This document shows positions 25,903 through 40,202 of a stretch of 64,000 bases of DNA, piece after piece. Numbering within the stretch: the stretch's first letter is position 1; every line of letters begins with the position of its first letter. This stretch comes from the human T2T-CHM13v2.0 reference genome, Homo sapiens: NCBI RefSeq assembly GCF_009914755.1, contig NC_060932.1. The stretch is one strand, 5' to 3'. Under the pieces are notes generated by a model that saw nothing but the letters and a program-made list of their open reading frames with translations, was not told the DNA's origin and did no database searches. The translations under genes were made by a program, and so were the position numbers.

Positions 25903-28900
25903 GTAATTACTTAAGTCTGTCTCTCACGAAAAACACGGCCATGCGTGAAATGAAGTATGTTCATCGTGTCATCTGTTTAATCTGATCTTGCTTTGTTAAT
26001 ACCATGGGTACTCCAGCATTCCATATGAAAATACATTCTCCCGCAGGCTTGCCTGGTAAACAGCTACCCTGTTTATGGTATTCACCAAGGAATAATGTTT
26101 TTACCTGGATTCAAGAGTGCATGTGTGTGCTTGGGAGTGATGCTTACCGACTCGCTTCTGTTTTGGAATGCCCAATGTTGCATCAATTTGGGTGTCTTTG
26201 TAGGTGTGTTTCAGTACCCAGTAGACTTTGTTTGCATTGAGTCCACACTGTCCTGAATAATGAGCGATCAGGAAGAATTTAGTGAAACACACTCTAATTA
26301 GGACAGGGCAGTGACTTTCCTGATGTTGAAGCTGTGCCTTAGCAGAAGTAATGTGCTATTGTTTCTTTAAAGATGTGTGCAGCCTTCATTTTGGATGGTT
26401 TTCTTTGTCTCACCTTTTGTAGTTTTTATTAAGCCTTTTGAATACAGAGAGGGTTAACATATCCCATTCTGCCAGAGATATTTAAAGTGTATATTTAGCT
26501 GTGCTTGAAAGAGAAATTTTCGTCTCATGGCTTTGTTTAGCAGGGACATTGAGTTAGGAGTTGAAACGAAGTCGCAGGAAGGTGGGGTTCTTACCACTTA
26601 CTTTGTCTACTGTTTGACAACATTTTTATTTCTATTAATTTTTTCCTGAAAATTGATAATCTTAAATAATCTGGGATTAAAAAAAATGGTACATTCTAAA
26701 AGAAAAATATTTAAATGGGCAAGGCTGAGGTTCAAATATCCCAAACAAATGCAGCATGAGTTTTTCCTTCTCAGCGTCCCTTCTCCATAGTGTCGTATTT
26801 TATACCAAAAACGCCTTTGTTTTTACTTATTCATCAAACTTAAAAATTGATGTCCTTCCCATATCAGACTGTAGAGTCCACAGAAACTTGTGTATTGAGT
26901 CACCAGTCACACGGCTGGCTGCCAGCCACCACGCGTCTGCTGTCACCAGAGCCTTGCTGATCTCTGAAAACCATCAGGAATTATTTCTCTGCTCCTGAAA
27001 AACTAAACGTTGCAATTTTAATGATTTGTTCAAATACCTGCTCTGATCTAGAACTATGTTCTGGTTAAAGGGGTTCTGTACTTTCTTTGACAGAGTAAAC
27101 TTCCGAGTACTTACCAACCGTGCCTCCCTCCCCACCCCACATTTCCTTTCAGGTCCATCCTGGCAGATAGTAAGTCATCCAGTACAAAATGCATCCAAAT
27201 AACATTTTTAAGGGGAAAAAAAGGAATATTATGAAAGCTTGCCATGAATTGTAATAGAGTATCGTCTATAATAAGAAAGTTTGATAGTTGTTGCTTGTAA
27301 TACAGTGTCTTTGTGACTTGAACCAGCTGGCGGCATTCTCAGGTTTTAGACACCTTGTGTGGTGAAATGAACCTGGGAACAGTCGTTCTACTTCACATTC
27401 CACTTCCTTGATACAAACCACGCCTGTTCCCATTGCAGAAGGGTGCGTATCAGTAGCGGAGAGTGCAGTTTCAGTGAGAGTGGTTTTGCTCTTTCCAGAA
27501 GTCCAGGCTCCTCTCTCGTTTCCCTCCCTCCCTCTGCCTGCTGTGCTCTTCTATGTGGATGTGCAGAAAAACCTTTCTGCGAATCAACAGTTAGGCTTGG
27601 ACACTCATTTTGGGAAGGATAAATTGGTGTGGATCCATCTCGCTCTCTGTGTGTCTCTCTATCTCCTGAAATGCTCCCTAAATTGCCTTAGTCTTAAATA
27701 ATTTCCAAGAAGGTTTTTTCCACTGTGAAGGCCTTGGGCACACATAAACATTGTCTAGAGTTCCTTTTGGGCAGAGCCCCTTTGAGGTGTGTGTCATGGA
27801 AAGATGTAGGAAGTAGCTCTAAGTGATGTCAAATGCCTAGGGCTGGGTCTTAAAGACTTTCTGTGTGGAGGAGGAACTTTTTTAAAAATTTAAATATGAA
27901 TGTATCTGTGTACTGTGTAATGCAACGGTATTATGATATCCCAAAGGGACTTTTAACATACACCAAAGAGGCTTCTTTATAACAGAATTAAACAAGTGTT
28001 ATTTATGTTTTTGCAAAGTAACCAAAATATGTGCTTTTATTTTCAGATGTATCACGTCTTAACTTTTTAAAAACTAAATTAAGGAGACTCTTTACATATT
28101 TCTGTGACAAGAAAATAAAAAGAAAGTTTTTGGACACTTTAAAATGTTGTTCTTTTTCCTCGTTAAAATTCCATAGCTCTTTACTGATGACATTTCTGAC
28201 CAAACAACAATAGGTCTATCAGCATAAACATACATATCATATTTTAAAATCAAAACATTTTCTGTTATAAGGGATACTTTCTAATGTTTTCTCCTGAGGT
28301 CTCAACAGGAAAAGTGGTCACCAGTTTAAAAACTGAAGTCATTCCATGAAAAATATGATGTGCCGCAAAGTAACTGGGCTGAACAAGGTGTGGAAAATAT
28401 TTGTGAAAAGGAAAGAGAAATGGGTAGTGCATGATATTGCATGTAAGAGTTTCCATGGCAATATCTATAGGTGGATTTGTGGCTGGTCACTTGGCATCTG
28501 TCATAATCCAAAAACCTGAAAGATATTTGTCATTAGCAATTGATAAATATTTCAGGGTTGACCTGTTAAAGTTGCCGGGATTGGAAAAATATGTAAAGAG
28601 ATATTAGGCCTCTCATCTAAGTGTAGTTATTTTTCACTGTAGTATTCCATGATCATGGACACTTAACCATATGCTAAGCTCTGTGCTAAGCTTTATCGAG
28701 AGAAAATAGAAGGCACAGTCCCTTCCTGTAAGAAGTGACTACTGAGGAAGAGAAGCAGCTAAATTAATAATAATAGGGCTGCACGAGGCAGACAGAGAGA
28801 CATAGTTTGGTGATACCAAGGAGGGGCAACCAGTTTTTTAGAAAGGGGGTGAGGAGTGCCAGGGAGGGCTTCAGGAGAAGAGAGATGGTACCCAATCCAG

Positions 28901-29879
28901 AACTTACTATTTCCTGCCCATCTTGACATCACCTTCACAACTCAGCATTAAGTTGAAGCTGGCATAGCTTCATATCCTGTTTTTATATTTTTTATTGACT
29001 TCCATACATGTAAAATATCATTTCTCTTCTCCCTGCTAACTCTTCTCAGAATACACATTAGGTTGTTGCATGGAAATATGTTAATAGATTTACATCATAT
29101 GGGAATTGAAGTTTTCTTTAACGTATCCAGAATTTAGAAATGCATCTTAGATAAATCACCAAACACTTTGATTGCTATTATACTCTTAAGTAATTTAGTG
29201 ATTACTTTTGGAACTGTTTGCATTGGCAGGAATTGTCATTTCCTCTTGGCTGCATGTAGACTCCTGAAAGTCATTTCTCTTCTATGTGCTCATTAAAGAC
29301 AAGCTTGTAAAATTTGAGACTGTATTGTAACACTTGGATTTCACCTTGAAGGCATCTGCTTTTGTTACACATTTAATTGGATTTAAATTTTAACTCTTGA
29401 CAAATTTGGAGGGGGAGTCCACTTTAGGGGTCACCTGTTTGCACAAGATCTTGCCACCAGTAAAATCTCTACCTGGAAACAGATCTTGCATTTCTACTCC
29501 TATAGGTCCTGCGGTCAGGAAATCCTCCTAATTCTGTCATGTGTTACCCTAGCCTGGCTTCCACACTTACTTTTTCAAACCCTGTAAAATGCGCAGGCTT
29601 TACTTTTCCCACCCTCCGGACCCCACCCCACTGCCTAAGCTGGATGGTAGTCCCTTAGAGCAGCTCTCTGACCCAGCGGACCTCCAGGACAGGAAACAAT
29701 TCTCCTCTGTTGCTCTCTTAACTCTAACTCTGGTTTGTTTTTTCCCTGTCTCCTTTGCTACCCCCCTGTAAGTAGCTATTCTCCAACGCTCTGGCCTTCA
29801 TCAGCTTGCCTGTCCATGCCACCTGCTTTCCATCGGTGGGCCCGTCCATTGCCACACAGTGTCCACCAATCCCCCACAC

Positions 29880-30195
29880 TCACAGCCACACCAACCTCCT
29901 GTGCCTTTGCACAGCGCGGAGAATGGCACTGCTGCTCCCCCTGCTGCCTGGGATGTGCTTCCCCAGAGAGCCCATGGCTTGTTCCCTCACTGCCTGCAGG
30001 ATTTCACTCTAATGGAGCCACCTCAGTGGGACATTCTGAGATAGTATTTACTGTATTTGTTTATTTCTTTAGTTTCCCCTTTCTGGAATATAAACTCCAT
30101 GAGATCAGAGGTTTTTCGTCTTAACCCCCAGAGCCTTGAATAGTACTTGGTCCATAGAAAGTGTTCAGCCAGTACCTGTTGAATGAATGAGAGAA
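29880..30195 (+). mobile_element. L2 LINE 3' end
   Basis: GCCTTTGCAC..TGCCTGG, GAATATAAACTCCATGAG, TGTTGAATGAATGA tail. Confidence 0.8.
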
Positions 30196-30606
30196 TTAAT
30201 GATTCCCGGCATGGGGGTGCTACAGTGCAGATGAACGGTGCTCCTGGGGCAATCAAGAGCTTTGCCCCAGCCAGCCGGAGTGGTGCTGCGGAGCCCCTCA
30301 CCTTGAATGGGCCTCAGTTTCTGGTTCTGTAGATGGGGAGTGTGTACCAGGGACTCTGAGGCCCCTTTAAACTCTTATCACTCTTTCACAGCCCTGGAAG
30401 TAAGATATGATGCCACATAAAATGTTATTTATGCAACTCATCACAACTTGATACTATATTCTTCTTTCTGCATAATTGCTATCCATGGTTAAATGTCTGT
30501 TTTAAAAAAGAAACAATAGTTGAAGTAAACAAAATAGTTTCCAAATGAAGTTGTAAAAACTAATGCATTTTGGTGTACTGACATGTTTGCTGTCTTTTTT
30601 TTTTAA

Positions 30607-30933
<327 letters not shown>

Positions 30934-31049
30934 TGTATTGACTAATTTTTAAAAGAATTACCACTGTCTGTTGCTAAATGTATTTAATAGCTTGCCTATT
31001 TTTATCAAATAAAAAGGCAATAACAATCTTTTCTTCCTTTGATTTTTAG

Positions 31050-31138
31050 CAATTTCCTGCTGCAGAGAGCATTTTAAGAAAGGACAGCATTCCTGTGACC
31101 TCTGCCTACCATCCATAAAATACTCATTCCCCTCTCAG
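31050..31138 (+). other. Candidate internal exon, 89 nt
   Basis: Polypyrimidine tract TCTTTTCTTCCTTTGATTTTTAG| and consensus donor CAG|GTAAGC. Confidence 0.45.
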
Positions 31139-31479
31139 GTAAGCATATTGCTTTGCTTTGATCCATTCTGAGAAGGAGATATTGATTCTCTACGAAAACC
31201 TGTGTCATTATTGCACTAAGACAAAGAAGCTGAGGTTTCAGATATTTTGCTGTCTGGCAATAAATAAATAAATAAATATTTAAAAAATAAAATAAAATAA
31301 AATCCCCACCTTTTGAGGTCCTTGCCAGGACCAAAGTATCGGTGATGGCTGTTTGCCGTTCCAAGGGGTTTCATGATACACCTTCTACATATCAGCTAGT
31401 TATTAGTTTGTTAAATGCTGTGTGCTATTTATCAGGTAATCTCCCAGGAGTTTAGAAGTCCTCTGTGTTTTAAAGAAAA

Positions 31480-31774
31480 TTTTATTTTTTGTCAATGATG
31501 GGGTTTTGCCCTGTTGCCCAGGCTGGAGGGCAGTGGTGTGTTGCTCATTGCAGCCTTGAACTCCTGGGGTCAAGTGATCCTGCTGCCTCCACCTCCTGCG
31601 TAATTAAGCCTATGAATGTGCACCACCATGCCTGGCTAATTTTTAAAAATTTTTTCATAGAGATGGGGTCTCACTATGTTGCCCAGGCTGATATTAACTC
31701 CTGGCTTCAAGCAGTCCTTCCACCTCGCCGTTGCAAAGTGTTGGGTTTACAGGCATGAGCCACCTGGCCTGGTC
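31480..31774 (-). mobile_element. AluJ (Jo-like)
   Basis: GCAGCCTTGAACTCCTGGG..TCTCACTATGTTGCCCAGGCTG diagnostic positions; heavily diverged. Confidence 0.9.
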
Positions 31775-33996
31775 AGAAGTTTACTCTCTGTGCTCGGGGA
31801 ATGAGATGGTGGTGCAGGGTCAGCAGCAAGGGCACTGGGAGTGGGTGACCCGCAGAGATCTTTGCAGGCTGGCCCCTTAAGGGAGGCAGGGTCAAGAGAG
31901 CAGAACTTAAATTCCAGTCCAGGAACTGAGACTGAGGAGGTGGAGCATCTTTGGAGGATGGCCGACCAGCAGGCCTGGGAATGGCAGGGTGCTTTTCCCC
32001 ACGTCCCCACCACTCCCAGGACTCCTTTCTGGTCCCCACAGCTGATGGAGAGCCTGGGAACATTTTTTCCAGGTCTCTTCCTACAGCCAGACCATCTTCC
32101 AGGAAAGAGCTAAGGAAGTGGAAGAATGGTGGGGTCAAAGTACAGATGATTCCCTCTTTTATGGAGGGACTGAGAGCTCAATAACACCAAATGAGGAGGT
32201 TAGAAATGTTTAGGAAAATAAAGAAGCTCTCCAGTTACCTCATTTCCACCATGAGTTGAAGAGTGTAAAGAGCAACCCTCAGGAGAACAGAGCCTCAGCC
32301 TCAGTGCCCACATTCTGAGTGGCCCCATGCTTGGATTTGATTGACAGCCTTCCTCTAGCTTCCTTTCTAGCATCCATTTGTAATGTACTCTTGCTTATAT
32401 AGTAAGCCATGTATTTTGTAATTTATTATTACTGCATTATGCAGGATGTTGTCGGGTGATATGATCTCTTTTCTAGAACCTAAGAATCTAACTTAGGCTG
32501 ACAAATAAGAATCAACCTGTGCCAGACAGAATTCTGCAATATGTAGAAACAGGAATTAAAGAGAAAGCCAACAACACCCCTCAGTGCTATAACCTGAAGT
32601 CTCTCACTCTTATCGCCATCTTACTTATCTTCTTATCTCAGATATAAGAAGCTCTGATACGAAAGCCGGGGGCTCCTGTTGGCTGGAAGGAGGTTTGCAT
32701 CTGCCATCGCCAGCACTTGCGGAGCTGAGGTTGTAGAACTGTACCCGAGTGCAGGTGTACTTAGTGGGGAATACTTTCCAACAGGCCCATGCTTTTCATT
32801 CTGCACCATCCTAGAGAGCTGAGGGGTTTCCTAGGACATGGGACTTGCAGTGCTAGAACTGGGAAGTCAGAGCAAGCCAGGACATGTTGCTCCCTCTTGT
32901 GATCCCACCACCCCTCCTCTCTCTTGTATGTGGCTGCGTGATGATCTGCTCACCAGGATGGCTGCTGACTGCAGTTGAGTTTGCAGCCCTAGTGGCCAGG
33001 GAAGAACTACAGAGTTGAGTAGACCTGGCCTTCACCTCAGCTCGTCTGCTTAGTAACCAGTTGGATGGACTGGGATGGTTTGCTTTATTTCTGTGAGCCT
33101 CAGTTTCTCATATGCCAAGTAAGAAGAACAGCAAGGCAGTGGGGGTATAGGGAAAGTAACAAGACAGAGCAATGGAGATACCTGATATAGCCTAGGTACA
33201 CAAGAAGGGGTAGGTCCCTCCCCCCATCAAGGCAAACCATCCAGAGAAGACAGTGAGTTACCTTCACAGGCATAAGTAACTGGCTTGAGCTTTATCAGTA
33301 CTATTATTTACCTAGATCAGGAAAGTTAGAAAGAACTTAGCCATGTGACTTACCAACACAGTGTCAGTTGGGTTGCAGGCGTAAATCCTAACCCCGATAC
33401 CTAATTCTTAAATAACCTTAAGTCAATGTGTGCAAGTTACTTGGAGTTGTTTTTTATATCAGTTTTCCCATAAATAGATTGAAACATTTTTAAAAGTGCT
33501 TTAAAGAATGTTTTGAAAAGCATAATTTGTTTCTTATCTGTATCCAAATGTTTTTAACTTTCAGGTTATTATTGCATTTAAAGTTTATTAAAACATTTTT
33601 CTTTCCTAGATTCTTAAATTACAGATAAGCAGCCTTATGAATTCATATGCATTATTATCGCCATTAAATTTTCACTGCTCTCAATATGTGAGTTTAAGAT
33701 TACTTTGTTTTTAGAGAACACACTGGGTCTTTTTAAAAGTGGCTCCTTGTTTAAGGAAACTAAAAGGCAAATGAAGTCATGAAATAAAATGATATTGTAA
33801 TGTTCTTTTGGTCAAACCTTTTGGAGTTTGTTCATCCTAGAATATGAAACGTCCTGAGTAGTGTATATATGTAAGTCATTTTTAAAGGAATACACAAACA
33901 CCAATTTCTATGCATTATGCATGTAATTACAATTTCAGGAAATAAGCTTGAAGACTTCCTTTGTTTTTTGTTTCTTGTTATCTTATTCAAACTTAA

Positions 33997-34364
<368 letters not shown>

Positions 34365-35008
34365 AGATTTTTGCCTTTTTAATATGGTGCGTGCTAGATA
34401 CTTGAGAAATTGCTCAGAACAACAACAACCCTCGTGCATTTATTTTGCATGTTAAATGGGCCTCACCAAAAATGCTTGCTGGTTTTCCCCAGACACCTTT
34501 TTTTTCCAACTCGGTGTTTCCTAAAGCTGGTCCTCCAGAATGAGAGGTTTGTACCTTGTCAATGACTCATCATCCTCTCATGCCAGCACCCCTGACTTTT
34601 GCCTCTCCCCAGATCAGCTGTTTGCCAAGAGAATGACTCAGAGATCAGATTCCAGCAGTACAGTCAGGTGTGGCTCCTCTGAGGCCATCTCAGCTGACCT
34701 TGAGCAAGGTCTTCTCAGGAATCAGGAGAGTCGGCACGACAGTGAGACCCACTGTGCCGGGAGCCAGGCTTGCTTTCTGCTTTTTTAAAAAGAGGAGGAG
34801 GAAAGGGCATTCTCTGGGAAAAGAAGCAGGGATTTTAGATGTTTTCTTTTACTTATTCACAAAAATTGTATACACTTCTCTAAGGGTAGATCTAGGGATA
34901 GTCTCCCTCATACTCAGAAGGAAGTATAATTCTATTTTTGAGGATTTAACACACACTTATTGTGAAGTTCAAAAAATTATTGATTGGAATTTAAATTATC
35001 AAATTGGC

Positions 35009-35308
<300 letters not shown>

Positions 35309-36722
35309 GAGTAATTTGACATATTAAAATTTTTTAAATCAAATGTAAGACAGATTCTGTGTTACTACCTGCATAGTTTATTAGTGGCTGTTATAATAGA
35401 AATTGTGTAATTGTAAATGTAGTCACTGTTTTCTTACAAAGATCAGCAGAGAGGAAGGATGGGCTACAGTTATGACCATGGACTGTAGAAGGACTGCCCT
35501 GTGGCCCTGTGCTGGAGACGTTATGTGCAGTTTTCACTTGCCCTTCAGAGAAGCATTAGAATCTTCAGTATGTAGATATGGGATATATGTAATATGGGTA
35601 TCAGAGGCTAAACTTCAGACCAAAGGGCAACCATGTGGTTAGACATACACTGGGTATAAAGCCCAAGTCTACCCAAGGCTCTTCTATCAAACCTCTATCC
35701 AGCCCTTGCACACCAGTTAATTGCTTTACAATATCAGGGTCATACATGCAACAGGAAAGTCGGTTGAGGGAAGTCGGACAATGGGGAAAGTAGAATGGAA
35801 AGGTTACAAGGAAACATAAATGTCTGGTGGAATATTAGAATGATCTGTAGAAACCATGAAAATCTTCAATCAGCTAGAGTAGGAAAGAGGCCAAAAAGGT
35901 CATACAAAGAGGGAAAGAGACTGTTAGGAGGACACAGGTGAAAGAGAGGAGATTTAAACAGTGATTGCAGTTGTGCCAGGAGAAAACCTAGAGTTTCCAG
36001 ACCTTCTCACTTTCTTTTCAACCTGTAAATCATGTGCTACCATCTCTAGGTGTGGACGCAGAAAGCACTCATGCATTCTGAGTACTCAGAGAAGTTCAGA
36101 GAGATGTGATGCTTGCCAGGACCCTGTGTTTAGTGAGCACTGGAGTGTCCTCTCCACACAGGTTTCCCTCTTCCATAGCATAGGATAAAAGAATGCTAAA
36201 TATTCAATTCTGGTATCATGTGTGTGTATCTATGTTCAGAGATGCGACCAAAAACCTAAATATATTCCTAATCTGCATTTCTTCTGGAAATTCCTCCTAT
36301 TCACCAGGGGAGCAATGCTGCCCTCTCCTTGCATGGTCTTTAGGCAGAGCTTCACAGAGCACTGGCCCTTCATGTTCCTGAAATACTTATGTTTTGCCTT
36401 TACTTGAGTCCTATGGGTCTAGTTCTCTATGATACATTTAAAACCAAGCTCCACATCATCCTTGGTCAAAAAGAGACAGCTTTCACTCACCATGACAGTC
36501 AGTGGAGACCTTTCCTCTGGGAAGAAGCCTCTCAAGTGACTGTCCCTTACTATGCCTGCCTGTTCAGGTGTTGAGCCCTGCTGACTCCTCCTCGAGGGCT
36601 CATGCCTCAGCACAGCCCTCTTCATCACCAAACAACCCCATTACTGACTTAGCCCTGTGCTGGTCACCTGCCTCTAGTTTCTGCTCCCACACCAGTCCAT
36701 GTAAGAGGCAGAAAATTCTTTT

Positions 36723-37021
36723 TCTTATTTTTATTTTTTGAGACACAGTCTGGCTCTGTTGCCCAGGCTGGAGTGCAGTGGCACAACCTCAGCTTACTCC
36801 AACCTCTGCATCCCAGTTTCATGCGATTCTCCTGCCTCAGCCTCCCAAGTAGCTAGGATTGCAGGCGTGTGCTACCATGCCTGGCTAATTTTTATATTTT
36901 TGATAAAGACAGGGCTTCGCCATATTGGATACGCTGGTCTCGAACTCCTGACCTCAAGTGATCTGCCCACCTCAGCCTCCCAAATTGCTGGGATTATAGG
37001 CGTGAGCCACCATACCTGGCC
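36723..37021 (-). mobile_element. AluS (Sx/Sz-like)
   Basis: Full dimer; TSD AGAAAATTCTTTT (36710-36722, 37022-37034). Confidence 0.95.
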
Positions 37022-38210
37022 AGAAAATTCTTTTACAGTTTTCATCCTGTTACTTCCCTGCTCTGAAACGTTGTTTCTCCCAGTTATCTGTCTACTAAAT
37101 TTAAATTCCAAAGCCACCTCTCATCTGGGCTCTTCTGCTTACTCAAAGTCAGCGTCTGTTATTCTGCTCATGTTCCCTACACACCTGGTTCCTCAGAGCT
37201 TGTGGGCTGCGTCTTGCCCGAAATCCCCTATCCATTCCACTCTCTTAAAGTCCAAGAGTTCCTTTAGTGCCCGTTTCAAAAGTTACTTTTTCCTTTAAAA
37301 GCAATGGGTTTTTTTTTTCTTAGAATCTAAGAATTTTTGCCATTTATTCATTCAACAAATTCATAATTCATGCAACAAATTTCTTCACAATTTAATGTAT
37401 ACCATGTGCATTTATTTATAAGTAGTCTTGGAATTATTCTTTGCTGTCTGTGAGGGTTTATGTGTTATCTCTTAAATTGTATGATCAATTTATTTAAAAC
37501 TTTTGCCTTCATCAAAGAACCTAGGCTCTTAGATGCTCAAGGGGATGAATAAATAAGCCTTGCCCTCCCAACTCTTCTGTACAGGGAGCTGCGAGCACAT
37601 GGGCTAGGGTTGAAATCCTAGAGGAGATTGTAGATGGCTTTGCAGCATCAGCGCTATTCTATGGACTGATTCACTTCCTGAAGAGGAATGAAGTGATTTA
37701 CCCACCCAGGAAGCCTTTGTGAAAATAAAAATTTTCATCAACAACACAGAATGGAAAGCTATTGTCAGTTCTTAACTGCCTATAGTAGAGTGACGTCTTA
37801 ATGGGCATGTAGAGACAAACCATCTAGGGGAAAATAACTGCATCTCCTCTAGAAGGCAAAGCAGCCCCACTGACAGCAGAAGAAGGAGGAACTCAGTCTA
37901 AACTGTGAAGAACCAGTTCAGATTCTCCCTCCCATGTTGGCTTCTTATCCTTTAATCACCATTTATTCATCATTTACATTCTATGTCCTCAGAGTTCCTT
38001 ATGACTGTGAGCACATAGTCATGTACATTCTTTAGTCTATGAGGACATTAAAGGCACTTGTGAAAATCTGATTTAAGTTACAGTAAAATTTTTCTGTCTC
38101 TCTCTAATAGACTATAAGCAAGTTGGGGGTAAGAATTATGTTTTAACTCTGAATCTGTAGAATCGAGCACAGAATATAGCAAACTACAGAGGATAAAGAA
38201 ATGTTTGTGG

Positions 38211-38545
38211 GGCTGGGCACAGTGGCTCATACCTGTAATCCCAGTGCTTTGGGAGGCTGAGGTGGGAGGATCATTTGAGCCCAGGAAGTCGAGATCAGCG
38301 TGGGCAACACATCTCCTCATTGGTAGATGTGAGACCCCCATCTCCATTTTTGTTTTTTTTTGTTTTTTTTTTTTTTAAATGAGCATGGTTGCACACACCT
38401 GTGGTCCCAGCTACTTGGGAGCCTGAGGCGAAAGGATCACTTGAGCCTAGGAGTTTGTGGCTTCAGTGAGCTATGATCATGCCACTGTGCTCCAGCCTGA
38501 GTGACACAGAGCAAGACCCTGATTCTTAAAAAAAAAAAAAAAAAT
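38211..38545 (+). mobile_element. AluJ inserted in an L2 tail
   Basis: AluJ diagnostic positions; degenerate TSD ATGTTTGTGG on both sides; anomalous linker. Confidence 0.93.
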
Positions 38546-39839
38546 TAAGGAGATGTTTGTGGAATTTAATAGACTGAAGTTTTTTGTACATATGAAGGAA
38601 AGTCACTGTACGTTGCTCATCTATCTTTTTGCTCACTGCCTCTCACAAGCTCTGACAGCAACATCTTCAGATATAAGACACAACAGCACAGGGCTTAGCA
38701 GGGCTGGAAGCGCTATTTCACTGAAAGAGGGGAGACACAGTCTATTGCTGGAGAAAGAAAGGCAAAAATGAAGTCAGAAACAAAAGAGGAGAAGAAACAG
38801 AAGAAACTGGGTTATTTATGTTTAGTTGTAGTTGAACATTATGGTGCAGAATGGTAAGAACTTGGGTGAAACTTTAAACTAGTCAAAGTAAGGAATAATC
38901 AAGGCGTAATTAGCTTTATTCAAAGGCTGCTTGAATTTGGTCTCCTCAACTGCGTTTAAAATAGGGTTTTGTTTCTAGAATTCAGATTACATAGTTTATT
39001 TATTCATTTTTTAAATTTTGCTCAAATTGATTGTTCCCTGTGGACTCACAGATTCAATATTCAGAGATTCAATTATTTGTGATTGTCTCCACGTTCACTA
39101 CTTGTGTTAATTCCGCTATTTCGGGGAAGTGGCACCTTTAAAAGCCCACACTCCAGGGCCAATGAAGAATACAGAATGCAGGCCACTCCCACCATCCACG
39201 CCTCCCCTGGGCTTCGTGTTCTGTATGTTAATTCTCTCATCATTTGCTGTTCCATTAAAAATTACGTATCCAGTGTCTAGTTTGCCTGGGGGTGAAATGG
39301 GGATTAAGAACCTTTCCCACCTTGAGACACTGACATTCTTGTAAAGGGATAAACACTCTATATTTGAAAAATCATCCTAAGAAGAACAGTAACTAGTAGT
39401 GCTGGAGTTGGAAGTGAAGAAAATGTGAGGAGATCCAAGAAAATGATGAATTTTAGGCAGAACTGAAGCTCTGGGTACATAGGAGAGTACGGCTAACTCC
39501 TGGTTGATCCGGATCAATGGCATATGAGAGAATCCACCACAGAACTGTGTGTATTTGAATCTTTGGTTCAAACTAGCTCACCATATTAGTGGTCTGTCCT
39601 GTGTATCTTCAGAAGTTACAAGGCTGTCTTTCCTGAGGTCAGCAGGCTACTGAATTGTGCTTATGACCAAGACCTTGCTGGCTGCCATCTGAATCATATA
39701 TAGTGGAGGAAAAAATGAGTCAGTAGAAGGTATGGATGGTGTACACCTCGCTAAAGAGAAGATGAACTATAATATTTTCAAGCATCATTCTAGTGATTGT
39801 TGGCCTATAAGTAGTGTTTGATTTTAATTTCATTTCTAA

Positions 39840-40202
<363 letters not shown>

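Noticed and set aside
36050-36132. Exon starting CTCTAG|GTGTGG
   Set aside because: Only weak donors downstream
36738-37298. 186-aa ORF and similar ORFs (8270, 34021, 39843, 45709, 61068)
   Set aside because: Translations of Alu sequence (LECSG, FSCLSL motifs)
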